A stretch of DNA of 48,142 nucleotides, taken from assembly GCA_001820785.1 (NCBI GenBank), contig MHQW01000043.1:24931-73072 (forward strand). Reading direction: 5' to 3'. A program made the position numbers and the translations under genes. This DNA comes from Candidatus Sungbacteria bacterium RIFCSPLOWO2_02_FULL_51_17. Its GTDB lineage: Bacteria > Patescibacteriota > Minisyncoccia > Sungbacterales > GWA2-42-14. Below the pieces are notes generated by a model. The model did not search any database and had not been told where the DNA came from. It worked only from the letters and a program-made list of their open reading frames with translations. Of this stretch, positions 26,339 through 35,909 are shown one piece after another (positions within the stretch are counted from its first letter, which is position 1; each line of letters opens with the position of its first letter).

Positions 26339-28171
26339 ATGGGACTTTTTTCCACCTTATTTAAAAAAGAAGAAAAACTGGAAGAAGATATTCTTTCAGT
26401 ATTTCCACAGGAAATCTATCGCTCGGGCGAGCTTTCGCTTATAGACGTCATATCGCCCGCGGCCCTTGAGATCAATCCGAGCTTCATACGCCTCGGAGAA
26501 AAATTTGCACGCACTATTTTCGTCTTCTCCTACCCGCGCTATCTTCACACAAATTGGTTCTCCCCCATCATTAATCTGGACATTGTATTTGACATCTCTA
26601 TCTTCGTCCACCCCGTAGACACGGCCGACATGCTCCGCCAGTTGAGAAAACAGGTTGCCCGCGTTGAGTCACAGATACGGACCCGCGAGGACAAGGGGTT
26701 CGTGCGGGACCCCATTCTTGATACGGCCCTTCGCGATCTTGAAGACCTTCGCGACAAGTTGCAGCAAGCGACCGAAAAGCTCTTTAACTTCGGGCTCTAC
26801 CTTACCGTGTTCGGAGATAATGAGGAAGAGCTGAACAAGAACGAAAGCCATATAAAATCTATCTTGGAGGCAAAGATTGTCTACTCAAAACCGGCCCTGT
26901 TCCAGCAGGCGGAAGGGTTTAATGCGACCCTTCCGATAAACGATGATCAGCTTTTAATACATAACTATCTTAACTCTTCCCCCGTCTCCAGCACCTTTCC
27001 ATTCGTTTCTTTTGACCTCACGTCAAACAAGGGGATCCTCTACGGCATCAATCGACACAATAACAGCTTGATCCTTTTTGACCGTTTTTCTTTGCAAAAC
27101 GCGAATTCGGTAATGTTTGCCGTATCGGGCGCTGGAAAATCATATATGATGAAGCTGGAGATATTGCGCTCACTCATGTTCGGCATTGATGTCATTGTTA
27201 TAGACCCCGAACGCGAATACGAGTTCCTGTCGCAGGCGGTGGGGGGCGCATATTTCAACATTTCCCTCACATCTACCCACCACATTAATCCTTTTGACCT
27301 CCCTCCCGCGCGCGAAGACGAGTCCCCCGCAGATGTCCTTCGCTCCACAATCGTCAACCTCATCGGCCTTTTCCGGATCATGCTGGGGGGGCTCACCCCC
27401 GAAGAGGACTCTATTCTTGACCGCGCAATCACCGAAACGTATGCCTCGCGTGACATCAATCCGGAATCGGATTTTTCACGGATACGAGCGCCGCTTCTTT
27501 CCGACCTTGCGCTGGTGCTTGCAAGCACCGAGGGCGGTGAAGGCCTGGCGACGCGTCTAAAAAAGTATACCGAGGGAACCTGGGCGGGTTTTTTGAACCA
27601 GCCGTCAAACCTTGATATGCGAAATCGCCTCGTGGTGTTCAGCGTCCGCGACATGGAAGAAGAGCTGCGGCCGGTCGCCATGTACATCATTCTTCACTTT
27701 GTCTGGAACACCATCCGGGCACAGCTCAAAAAACGGCTTTTGGTGGTTGACGAGGCCTGGTGGCTTATGCGCCACGAAGACGGGGCGTCGTTCCTCTATG
27801 GCATCGCGAAGCGCGCGCGAAAATATTATCTGGGGCTTGCGACCATCACCCAAGACGTTGCGGACTTCATGACGTCGCCTTACGGCAAACCGATCGTGAC
27901 AAACTCTTCAATGCAAATATTGTTGAAGCAGTCCCCAGCGACGATCGCGTCGGTTGTAGAAACGTTCAACCTGACCGAGGAAGAAAAGTTTCTTCTGCTT
28001 GAGTCAGACGTCGGAGAGGGTATTTTTTTCGCAGGCCTCAAGCATGTTGCGGTCAAAGTCGTCGGATCATACACCGAGGACCAGATCATTACATCGGACC
28101 CGTCACAGTTATTGCTTATTAAAAAGGCAAAAGAGGAGTTTCAAAATCAGAATCAGGCGCCTGGCCGATAG
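26339..28171 (+). CDS. virB4: VirB4/TraC family ATPase
   Basis: Walker A AVSGAGKS, VIDPEREY, INPFD, Walker B LLVVDEAW, KRARKY, ITQD. Confidence 0.92.
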   Translation: MGLFSTLFKKEEKLEEDILSVFPQEIYRSGELSLIDVISPAALEINPSFIRLGEKFARTIFVFSYPRYLHTNWFSPIINLDIVFDISIFVHPVDTADMLRQLRKQVARVESQIRTREDKGFVRDPILDTALRDLEDLRDKLQQATEKLFNFGLYLTVFGDNEEELNKNESHIKSILEAKIVYSKPALFQQAEGFNATLPINDDQLLIHNYLNSSPVSSTFPFVSFDLTSNKGILYGINRHNNSLILFDRFSLQNANSVMFAVSGAGKSYMMKLEILRSLMFGIDVIVIDPEREYEFLSQAVGGAYFNISLTSTHHINPFDLPPAREDESPADVLRSTIVNLIGLFRIMLGGLTPEEDSILDRAITETYASRDINPESDFSRIRAPLLSDLALVLASTEGGEGLATRLKKYTEGTWAGFLNQPSNLDMRNRLVVFSVRDMEEELRPVAMYIILHFVWNTIRAQLKKRLLVVDEAWWLMRHEDGASFLYGIAKRARKYYLGLATITQDVADFMTSPYGKPIVTNSSMQILLKQSPATIASVVETFNLTEEEKFLLLESDVGEGIFFAGLKHVAVKVVGSYTEDQIITSDPSQLLLIKKAKEEFQNQNQAPGR

Positions 28172-28218
28172 TTCGCGGCCAGATCGGGCAGTGATACTTG
28201 CTAATACCACACATTAGT

Positions 28219-28833
28219 ATGGAAGACACGGTAAACGCAATTGAAGAAGCGCGCGCACGACGACTTGCATGGGAGCAGGCCGAGGATGCGCGCATCGCCG
28301 AGGAAGAAGAGGAGAACGAAGATGCTGACGCGGAAGACGACACTGATGAGGAGCTTGACCGTGATGAAGCAGATGAGAGCCCGTCTTTCGGCGTGGCGGA
28401 CCGCTCAAGAAAGGGGCCGCGAATTAGCTTTGTGGAGGGAACTCTCCTGCTGTTAGCAGCGCTCGCGATAGATGCGGCACAATTTCTCCTTGCGCTGGTG
28501 GTTGTTGGGGTTGTGTTCAATGGTATAATAGACATAGCGGCCTGGCTTGCTTTTTACCTCTTTTTTAAAGCAAAGGGCTTGTCCTTCGGCCTCTCGTTCA
28601 AGAACATGCTAAAGGGCGGAGCCGGAGGGATCATGAAAAATCCGCTCGCCATATCAACATTTGCCGCCATGATAGAATTCATCCCATTTATTGGCTCCCT
28701 TCCCGCATGGACCCTGGCGATCGTGCTTTCTCTCGGGGTTGAGTATGCCCAGTGGCTTGCATCAAAAGCACTGGGGAAAAAACTTCTATCTCTTCTGGAA
28801 GGGAAAAAATCCGTCGCAACCGCAGCTAATTAA
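28219..28833 (+). CDS. Membrane protein with an acidic N-terminus
   Basis: E/D-rich N-terminal region followed by TM segments; EFIPFIGSLPAWT motif. Confidence 0.8.
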   Translation: MEDTVNAIEEARARRLAWEQAEDARIAEEEEENEDADAEDDTDEELDRDEADESPSFGVADRSRKGPRISFVEGTLLLLAALAIDAAQFLLALVVVGVVFNGIIDIAAWLAFYLFFKAKGLSFGLSFKNMLKGGAGGIMKNPLAISTFAAMIEFIPFIGSLPAWTLAIVLSLGVEYAQWLASKALGKKLLSLLEGKKSVATAAN

Positions 28834-28836
28834 TAC

Positions 28837-30153
28837 ATGCGCACCATGGGACAAAAAATGGCGTTCGCCTATATGGTTCTAGTATCCGTCGGCCTTCTCA
28901 CCATCCTGCTCTGGGGGTCTGTTGTGCGCGCCGCCACAGCGCCAGAGTTTGACATAACCATAACCCCGAGCCAGGTCGTAACCCCGAACACGTCCGTAAT
29001 ATTTCAGGTTGTTCCAAAAAACTTTTTTTCTGCGTCAACAACATTTTCCTGGTTCGTAGGGACAAAATCCTCGCCCGCCCTCTCCGGTGTCGGCAAATCA
29101 TCTTATACCTTCAAGACGACTGGCTTTCTCGGCGCCTTCCCAATAACGGTGCGCGTCGCCCCTGAAGGACTTGCCTTAGGGGAACGCGTTTCGGGAGTTA
29201 TTGTCATGCCAGACGACACTATTACTGACGGCCCCGCCATTCCCGGGGGGGGGCTGGATTTCGGCTCCGTGAAATCAAACTTCACCATAACCGCCGTTCC
29301 GCAAAATCCGCATGCTGGGGAATCGGTTGAGTTATCTATTGAGACATTTGCGTTTGATTCACGCTCCGCTCGTTTCACCTGGCGTGTGGACGGAAAAACA
29401 CAAAAGGACGCATCCGGCCTCGGCAAGACGGATTATTCGTTTGTCGCGGGCGCGGCGGGGACCACACACTCTGTGCGCGTTGATGTGGTAACACCGGAAG
29501 GGATCGCCAACTCAAAAACCCTCACAGTGCCCGTGGTAGACCTTGCGTTTTACTGGTGGTCAAACACCAGCATTCCCCTGTGGTACAAGGGGAAGGCGCT
29601 CCCCACAAAGGGATCGTCTGTCAGCGTTATGGCTCTTACCAATGGACAGCCAATCAGCGCATACAACTGGAGCATAAATAATAATCCGTCTTTCAAAAGC
29701 ACCTTGCGCGTATTCACCTATGTTCCACAGCTAACCGGCCTTAGGGATAACATATCTCTTGAGATCTTGAATAGTGCAAAAAACCTTAAAAAAGAGCGGG
29801 GGGTGACCATCGTCCCGACAGAAATGGCCGTTCATATATATGCAACGGGCCCGCTAGAAGGGACTGTGTTCACCGAGGCGCTCTCTGCTTTCACCGGGAG
29901 CTCACATTCTTCATATGACCTCATTGCAGAACCGTTTTTCTTTATAGAGGGCTCGCCAAAGGACCTCGCGTATGTGTGGACAGTTGGAGACAAAACGGTC
30001 ACAGAGGAAACAGACAGAGAAAAAAAGCGTGTGTTAACAGTGAAAACGGAGGACCCGACAAGCGGCCCCGTGATCGCTTCGGTGAGAGTGGAGTCCACAA
30101 GCCCTCGAAGTGCGCCGATTACAGTGCCCTTTTCAATAGGTGTCCGTAACTAG
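28837..30153 (+). CDS. Exported multi-Ig/PKD-like domain protein
   Basis: Signal peptide (VVRA); repeated beta modules FSWFV..SGVGKSSYTF and FTWRV..SGLGKTDYSF; PLWYKGKALP. Confidence 0.8.
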   Translation: MRTMGQKMAFAYMVLVSVGLLTILLWGSVVRAATAPEFDITITPSQVVTPNTSVIFQVVPKNFFSASTTFSWFVGTKSSPALSGVGKSSYTFKTTGFLGAFPITVRVAPEGLALGERVSGVIVMPDDTITDGPAIPGGGLDFGSVKSNFTITAVPQNPHAGESVELSIETFAFDSRSARFTWRVDGKTQKDASGLGKTDYSFVAGAAGTTHSVRVDVVTPEGIANSKTLTVPVVDLAFYWWSNTSIPLWYKGKALPTKGSSVSVMALTNGQPISAYNWSINNNPSFKSTLRVFTYVPQLTGLRDNISLEILNSAKNLKKERGVTIVPTEMAVHIYATGPLEGTVFTEALSAFTGSSHSSYDLIAEPFFFIEGSPKDLAYVWTVGDKTVTEETDREKKRVLTVKTEDPTSGPVIASVRVESTSPRSAPITVPFSIGVRN

Positions 30154-30164
30154 CCAATATCTTT

Positions 30165-30560
30165 ATGAAGGCATTCATTTCTGTCCTCTTATTCCTCATT
30201 CTCATCATATCACCCCTGTCTTCGCTGGCGGTAGAGGTGGTCGTGGGCGGAAACACAAGTGGGTTTAGCACGCCCCCCGGCACCATCGGATCATGTAACT
30301 ACTCTGATCCTACAAGTTATTTTGATTGTCTATACAAATTCCTTTTCCTTATGGTGGGTCTGTCGGCATTCGGCGCCATTGTCTATGGAGGAACGCAGTA
30401 TGTTTTTGCCGCCGGCAATCCGTCACAGATCGGAACCGCTAAACAATGGATCTATAATGGTATTTTTGGTCTTCTTCTTGCTGGAGCGTCCTACCTGATA
30501 CTTAATACCATAAACTCGGACCTCGTAAAATCGTTCAACCTTAATTTGAGCAACTATTAG
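30165..30560 (+). CDS. VirB2/TrbC-like pilin
   Basis: Signal peptide, then AIVYGGTQYVFAAGNPSQIGTAKQWIYNGIFGLLL...ILNTIN (two TM segments flanking a GN...AK motif). Confidence 0.85.
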   Translation: MKAFISVLLFLILIISPLSSLAVEVVVGGNTSGFSTPPGTIGSCNYSDPTSYFDCLYKFLFLMVGLSAFGAIVYGGTQYVFAAGNPSQIGTAKQWIYNGIFGLLLAGASYLILNTINSDLVKSFNLNLSNY

Positions 30561-30564
30561 CATT

Positions 30565-31785
30565 ATGGAAAAAAAATGGCTTCTTATTCTTTCCGCTCTC
30601 CTTGTCCTTCTTATTATCGGAGGCCTGTTCTTTTTCTTTTTTTCCGGAAAAAGCAATCCACTAAACGATGCCGGCGATGATGGGAGCATCGGCCTTCTTC
30701 GCTTCCTGGGACTTTCTGGAAACAAGGACATAGACACCGACGGCAGTCCACCCCCCTCCCCCACACCGGGGCCTGGCACAACCCCCGATGGACCCGGTGA
30801 CGGCACCGGACAAAAAGAGGCGCGCCTCATACAAATCACCACGAAGGGCGTTATCGGCCCTGCGCTTACTAAAGACGGAGCCGGGATCTCATACTATGTC
30901 CGCGCGGGCGGCAACCTGGAAGAGATGGCGCTGGACGGAAAAAATGTCCGCATTGTTTCTCCCCTCACCATCCTCGGCATGTTTGATGTGTTGTGGAGCC
31001 CGACACGAACCAAAAGCGTCCTTTCCTACGCCGATGATGATCTGGCAAAACGCTTCATATCAGAACCAGGAGGAGGATCTCCCGTGGTGTTCCTTCCGCA
31101 GGCGCTCACGGCGACCGCGTGGTCTCCGGACGGTACGTCTTTGGCATATTTTCTCCCGCAAGGAACAGCAAACACCAATCTCGTTGTTGCCTCGCATGAC
31201 GGCAAAAACCCAAAGGTGGTCTACTCCACACCAATTCCTGACCTTACCCTCTTTTGGCCAACAAAAACGACCATTCTCCTTCCTTCGCGTCCATCGGGGA
31301 TCGCTCCGGGCGTCCTGTTTAGCTTTAACACAAACACCAAGGCCGCAACCGTTGTCTTGGATTCTGCATACGGCCTGACCATCCTCCCGTCTCCAAAAGG
31401 AACCGCCATGCTGTATGCCGTCACAAATGACCGAGGGCGCGACCCCTCACTATTTCTTGCAAACATAACGGGAGAGAGCGCAACGAAGGTCTCGGTCACA
31501 ACCCTTCCGGAAAAATGTGTGTTTACGACAAATGAGTTCTTTGCGTATTGCGCTATTCCAAAAAACATCGCCTCTTTCTCTATTCTGCCCGATGACTGGT
31601 ACATGGGCGTGGGCTTTTTTGAGGACCGACTTATCAAAATAGACACCAAAACGCTTGCAACGGAAACGGTTTTTGACGAGCGGTCGTTTGATATGACAAA
31701 TATGTTCCTTTCGTCAGACGAACAACACCTCTTTTTCCAGGACAAACACGACAACACGCTCTGGCGGCTTCGCATCGTGCCCTGA
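30565..31785 (+). CDS. Membrane-anchored beta-propeller (TolB-like) protein
   Basis: TM, Pro/Gly linker, repeated WSP/WSPDG motifs, TLPEKCVF...YCAIP...PDDWYMG. Confidence 0.82.
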   Translation: MEKKWLLILSALLVLLIIGGLFFFFFSGKSNPLNDAGDDGSIGLLRFLGLSGNKDIDTDGSPPPSPTPGPGTTPDGPGDGTGQKEARLIQITTKGVIGPALTKDGAGISYYVRAGGNLEEMALDGKNVRIVSPLTILGMFDVLWSPTRTKSVLSYADDDLAKRFISEPGGGSPVVFLPQALTATAWSPDGTSLAYFLPQGTANTNLVVASHDGKNPKVVYSTPIPDLTLFWPTKTTILLPSRPSGIAPGVLFSFNTNTKAATVVLDSAYGLTILPSPKGTAMLYAVTNDRGRDPSLFLANITGESATKVSVTTLPEKCVFTTNEFFAYCAIPKNIASFSILPDDWYMGVGFFEDRLIKIDTKTLATETVFDERSFDMTNMFLSSDEQHLFFQDKHDNTLWRLRIVP

Positions 31786-31793
31786 TCGTGACA

Positions 31794-31829
31794 CATAACA
31801 ATACCCCGCGAGCGCGGGGTATTGTTATG
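31794..31829. terminator. Bidirectional terminator ending the T4SS-like locus and the jag operon
   Basis: Perfect 16-bp inverted repeat CATAACAATACCCCGC/GCGGGGTATTGTTATG. Confidence 0.75.
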
Positions 31830-32292
31830 GATAGGGTTTTATGACAACGGTCCGCTCCGGATCTTGCCCGACCGACTCGGTCGTAATATCGGGGTATTCC
31901 GCAAGCGCCATGTGTACGACCAGCCGTTCGTGCGGCCGCATGGCTCGCATTTTTATTTCTTTTCTGTACAAACGAACCTTTTTTGCAATGGTCTTCACTT
32001 CTTCTTTCAGCTCGTCGGCTTGTGCCGCGCGGTATCCGTTGATATCAAGAAAAAAACGGGGTACGGCCTCCATTTCCTTTGCTAAAAGTTTTTTCACAAT
32101 ATGCTCAAGCGCTATCAGATTCTGTCCGCGCTCCCCGATAAGAAGACGGGCGTCGGCGGTCGCAATAGCAACAGTGGATGCGTCCGAACGCGCCGACTCC
32201 GTGATGGTGACATCACCCTCAACGCCGAGGCGCGCGAGTACATCCTTGGTTTTTTCTTTGACTTTTTCCATGCCTTTATGTGGAGATGCCAT
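31825..32292 (-). CDS. jag: Jag/KhpB-like RNA-binding protein (KH plus R3H, no Jag-N domain)
   Basis: LLIGERGQNLIALEH, LDINGYR, MRPHERLVVH...TESVG..PER; start 32292 or 32271. Confidence 0.9.
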   Translation of the reverse strand: MASPHKGMEKVKEKTKDVLARLGVEGDVTITESARSDASTVAIATADARLLIGERGQNLIALEHIVKKLLAKEMEAVPRFFLDINGYRAAQADELKEEVKTIAKKVRLYRKEIKMRAMRPHERLVVHMALAEYPDITTESVGQDPERTVVIKPYP

Positions 32293-32312
32293 CGCGCCGA
32301 GGCGAACACCGG

Positions 32313-33056
32313 CTACTTTCCCGCGCCGCTCGTCACGGGCACGCGAATCGGCAAGTATTTGTCTATAATTATCTGCTGAACTATAGCAAATACATTCAGT
32401 GTTGTCCAGTAGAGCGGGAGGGCCGCGGGAAGCGAAAAGGACCATATGGTAATAACGGCCGGAAGAAAATATTTCATTTGCACGGCCATAATGTGAGAAA
32501 TATCCTTTTGTGCTCCACCGCCCACGGCACCCGGCTGAGGCATGAGGTGGGCCTGAATGAGCTGTGTGGCTCCCGCCAGAAGGCCGAGAACATAGCTCTT
32601 TTGCGCAAGGTCAACAATGCCGAACGAAAGCGTGTTGATCTGGCCGGGGTCGCTGATAAAGTAGTATAACAGTCCGGGGCTGACCGCGCCGATGTGCCGA
32701 AAAAATACTTGGTACAGTGCTATGAGGAACGGCAATTGCAAAAGAAGCGGAAGACACCCCGTAAGCGGGTTTGCCTTGTGTTCGCTATAGAGCCCCATCA
32801 TCTGCCGTGCTTGTTCTTCTTTATTATCTTTGTGTTTTTCCTGAATCTCTTTGATCTTTGGCTGGAGAGCGGTCATGATCTTCTGCGCTTTCATGGCTTT
32901 GTAGGTCAGCGGCAGCGTTATCAAGCGTATGAGAAGGGTAAGTAGAACGATAGAAAGACCAAGGTCATGCGGGGGGACACCATTATATATAACGATAAGC
33001 CCGTTAAAAATTGGGCGGTAAAATATTTCGTTATAGAAAAGCGCTAATATGTTCAT
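32313..33056 (-). CDS. yidC: Membrane protein insertase YidC (short form)
   Basis: GLSIVLLTLLIR, LQPKIKEIQEK, NPLTGCLP.LLQLP, LPAALPLYW. Confidence 0.95.
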   Translation of the reverse strand: MNILALFYNEIFYRPIFNGLIVIYNGVPPHDLGLSIVLLTLLIRLITLPLTYKAMKAQKIMTALQPKIKEIQEKHKDNKEEQARQMMGLYSEHKANPLTGCLPLLLQLPFLIALYQVFFRHIGAVSPGLLYYFISDPGQINTLSFGIVDLAQKSYVLGLLAGATQLIQAHLMPQPGAVGGGAQKDISHIMAVQMKYFLPAVITIWSFSLPAALPLYWTTLNVFAIVQQIIIDKYLPIRVPVTSGAGK

Positions 33057-33070
33057 ATGTTTTTGCTATA

Positions 33071-33298
33071 CTATGTAACGGGATCAAATCCGCCGGGAAA
33101 AAGAGGGTTACATCGCAGAACCCTCAAAAACCCTGCCCAGAGGCCTCGCGCGACCCCGCGTGCTCGTACCGCCTCGGCTGTATATGCGGAACAGCTAGGA
33201 TGATACCGGCACCGACCGCCAAGCACGGATAGCACGCCGTGATCCGGGGATATGGTTCTCTGATATAAAAAAATGAGAAAAAGAGCCGTGTGTTTCAT
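33071..33298 (-). CDS. yidD: Membrane protein insertion efficiency factor
   Basis: [24 protein letters not shown]...GGFDPV. Confidence 0.95.
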   Translation of the reverse strand: MKHTALFLIFLYQRTISPDHGVLSVLGGRCRYHPSCSAYTAEAVRARGVARGLWAGFLRVLRCNPLFPGGFDPVT

Positions 33299-33303
33299 GT
33301 GTG

Positions 33304-33666
33304 TTAGTGAATACTATGTACGAATACCTCAAATTCCTGGTACAGCTTTTTTGCCATCACTCTTCCCGCTCTTTCGTCCATTGATACTATGATGTCGGCA
33401 GTGGGATGCCCTTTGTACTGTTTTCTAAACCACTCCATCGTTCTTCGTTTTAGGCGATTTCGTATGACGCTTTTTTTGCTTACTGACTTCGGGACCATAA
33501 CGGCAAGCCGCAGGCCGCCCACCCCATCTCTTTTTCGTATGTAGAACTTCCCCGCGCAGAAATCTACCCGCCGAATCGGGTGAGGTTTTTTGCCGACACC
33601 CTGGCGCCGCGAGAAAAACTCTTGTATATCCGCCCGGGTAAATCGTTGATTGGAAGAAAGGGCCAT
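33304..33666 (-). CDS. rnpA: Ribonuclease P protein component
   Basis: [23 protein letters not shown] (RNR motif); lies between rpmH and yidD. Confidence 0.9.
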   Translation of the reverse strand: MALSSNQRFTRADIQEFFSRRQGVGKKPHPIRRVDFCAGKFYIRKRDGVGGLRLAVMVPKSVSKKSVIRNRLKRRTMEWFRKQYKGHPTADIIVSMDERAGRVMAKKLYQEFEVFVHSIH

Positions 33667-33695
33667 ATGAAGATTAAGGTAAAGAAAAGACGCCT

Positions 33696-33830
33696 CTACA
33701 AGGCGATCCTTTTCCTCCCTTTTTGGCGGCGTCTCTGCAATACTCTTCGTCCGCCAGAACTTGCCATGCGCTTACGAAACCCGTGTGTTTTTCTCCTTTT
33801 TCTCTTCTTTGGTTGGTATGTTATTGACAT
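33696..33830 (-). CDS. rpmH: 50S ribosomal protein L34
   Basis: Below the ORF-track cut-off; translated by hand as [44 protein letters not shown]. Confidence 0.97.
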   Translation of the reverse strand: MSITYQPKKRKRRKTHGFRKRMASSGGRRVLQRRRQKGRKRIAL

Positions 33831-33838
33831 ATACACAT

Positions 33839-33866
33839 AGTATAAGCACTTCGTCTATTTTTTCAA
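33839..33866 (-). promoter_or_regulatory. rpmH promoter
   Basis: TTGAAA-16 nt-TATACT, 8 nt before the ATG. Confidence 0.6.
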
Positions 33867-34307
33867 CCACGTCTGCGGCAAGCGAAATACGGGTTTTGTA
33901 GTCATTCTTGCCATTTCTTTTTCTGTTTTGCTTCTCTCCAAAATTCTTTCTTTTTTTCCTTTATGTGCTGCAAGCTCGCTCTCTGGGCCTCCTATTTAAA
34001 ACGACATGATACGAGTGGCCAGTGTCGCTTTTGTTTTTCCTTTGTTTTTCACCTTTTTCTTTTTCCCTGCTGTCACACAATACTATGCCCTATATTTCTT
34101 TTTTGTAAACTTCTTTTCCTATTCCAGTTCTGCAACGATACATATGCACATGATTTTCACACCTTATGCAGTTGCCCCTGTTTTGTAGAAGAACGCTAAC
34201 AAGAATATAATACATCTCGTAGTGGCACCACACATTAAAAATTTTTTTATTCTCCCGTCTTTTTTTGAATTCAACTATGCCGGCGGAATATCAACTCATC
34301 CATCACC

Positions 34308-35684
34308 ATGCCTGAACTCAACACATTGTGGCAATCGGTCCTCGGAGAACTTGAGGCGTCCATACCCCGAGCCAGCTTCATCACATGGTTCAAAGACACC
34401 AATATTTCAGATATGAAAGAGGGGTGTGTTACCGTTTCGGTCCCCAATGGGTTTGCTAAAGAGTGGATACAAAATAAATATCACAAACAAGTTCTTCGGT
34501 TTCTTCGAATCCTCTCTCATGAGATAAAAGATGTTGCATACGTTATAGGCGCCCCCACTACCTCCGGCGCGTATTTACAGGCGAAGGCACAAAAAAAGCG
34601 GCCTCTTTTCGTGCCCAAGGAATCGGATCAGCTTGATTTTAAGGAACTCAATGTAAACCCGGACACCAACCTTAATCCTCGTTATACATTTGATACCTTT
34701 ATCGTCGGCTCTTTTAATGAACTTGCTCACGCGGCGGCACGCTCAGTGGTAAAAAACCTTGGTAGGGACTTTAACCCTCTTTTTATCCATGGAAAGGTTG
34801 GCGTCGGCAAGACCCACCTCATTCAGGCAGTTGGCAATGCGGTAGTAAAAGAAAGCCCTCACGCAAAAGTAAAATATATTTCGTCAGAAAAGTTCATGGG
34901 AGAAATACTGGAGGCATTGCGTCGGCAAGATATGAACTCTCTGAAAGATAAATACCGGAACATAGATCTTCTTATTATGGATGACATCCAGTTCATTGCA
35001 AGAACAGAAAAGATGCAGGAGGAATTTTTCCATACTTTTAACGCCCTCTATGAGAAAAATAAGCAGATCATCATATCATCGGACCGGCCGCCTGCGGCGA
35101 TCGCAACATTGGAAGATCGCCTTCGTTCGCGATTTGAAGGCGGCATGATGGCGGACATCGGAGAGCCCGACTACGAGACCCGCCTGACAATACTTCGCTT
35201 AAAGTGCGACGAAAAAAAGATCGCTATGGCCCAGGATATCCTTGAATACATAGCGGCACAAATTAAAAATAACATCCGCGAACTGGAAGGCGCATTAAAT
35301 AGGGTTATTTTGACGAGCCAAATGAGTCCCGTTCCTCCAACAATAGATGATGTAAAAAACATCATCCAACAGATCATTTATTCGCCAAAGAAATTCACAT
35401 CACCTAAAAAAGTTATTAAAGCGGTCGCTGATTTTTATGAGTTGAGTGAACGGGAACTTATTAACCGCTCACGAAAAAAGGAAGTTGTTCGCCCGCGACA
35501 GATGGCAATGTACCTTCTCCGGGAAGAGTTAAAATGCTCATTCCCATTCATCGGAGAAAAGATGGGAAAAAAGGACCATACTACCGCCATACACGCATAC
35601 AAAAAGATTAGTGGAGATCTTAAGCGCGATGCCGATCTGGAAAGTGAAATGCGTGTTATCAAGGAACGAATGTATATAGCGTGA
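34308..35684 (+). CDS. dnaA: Chromosomal replication initiator DnaA
   Basis: LNPRYTFDTF, NPLFIHGKVGVGKTHL, DDIQF, QEEFFHTFN, RLRSRF, NIRELEGAL, KDHTTAIHA. Confidence 0.99.
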   Translation: MPELNTLWQSVLGELEASIPRASFITWFKDTNISDMKEGCVTVSVPNGFAKEWIQNKYHKQVLRFLRILSHEIKDVAYVIGAPTTSGAYLQAKAQKKRPLFVPKESDQLDFKELNVNPDTNLNPRYTFDTFIVGSFNELAHAAARSVVKNLGRDFNPLFIHGKVGVGKTHLIQAVGNAVVKESPHAKVKYISSEKFMGEILEALRRQDMNSLKDKYRNIDLLIMDDIQFIARTEKMQEEFFHTFNALYEKNKQIIISSDRPPAAIATLEDRLRSRFEGGMMADIGEPDYETRLTILRLKCDEKKIAMAQDILEYIAAQIKNNIRELEGALNRVILTSQMSPVPPTIDDVKNIIQQIIYSPKKFTSPKKVIKAVADFYELSERELINRSRKKEVVRPRQMAMYLLREELKCSFPFIGEKMGKKDHTTAIHAYKKISGDLKRDADLESEMRVIKERMYIA

Positions 35685-35909
35685 TCCTGTGTATAATCTC
35701 TGTATCGCGGCGTACACAAAAGCTGAATAGTTCCATGCATAATCTCTTGGTGGCGGTATAAGAAAAAAGTAATAGTAAAAATAATTTTTTTCTGTTCCGT
35801 TTGTGCACACGTTCTCTTATTAGATACCAGAACGTGAAATTGCCTAAATACAGGTACTCCAGCTCGGTATCCACATATTCTTTGTTGCTAATAATAATAA
35901 GTTTCTTAA
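35685..35909. other. Probable replication origin (oriC)
   Basis: dnaA-dnaN spacer with TGTGTATAA (35688, consensus box on the reverse strand), TTGTGCACA (35800) and GTATCCACA (35867), followed by CTAATAATAATAA (DnaA-trio-like). AT-rich; the + strand appears to shift from C-rich to G/T-rich around here. Confidence 0.72.

Noticed and set aside
33318-33328. Third TACGAATA occurrence
   Set aside because: Lies inside rnpA on the antisense strand with no TTGAC at the matching distance; treated as chance.
33870-34300. Phe/Cys-rich ORFs between rpmH and dnaA
   Set aside because: Products of a T-rich non-coding spacer (dnaA promoter region, possibly part of a bipartite origin); only degenerate DnaA boxes seen.
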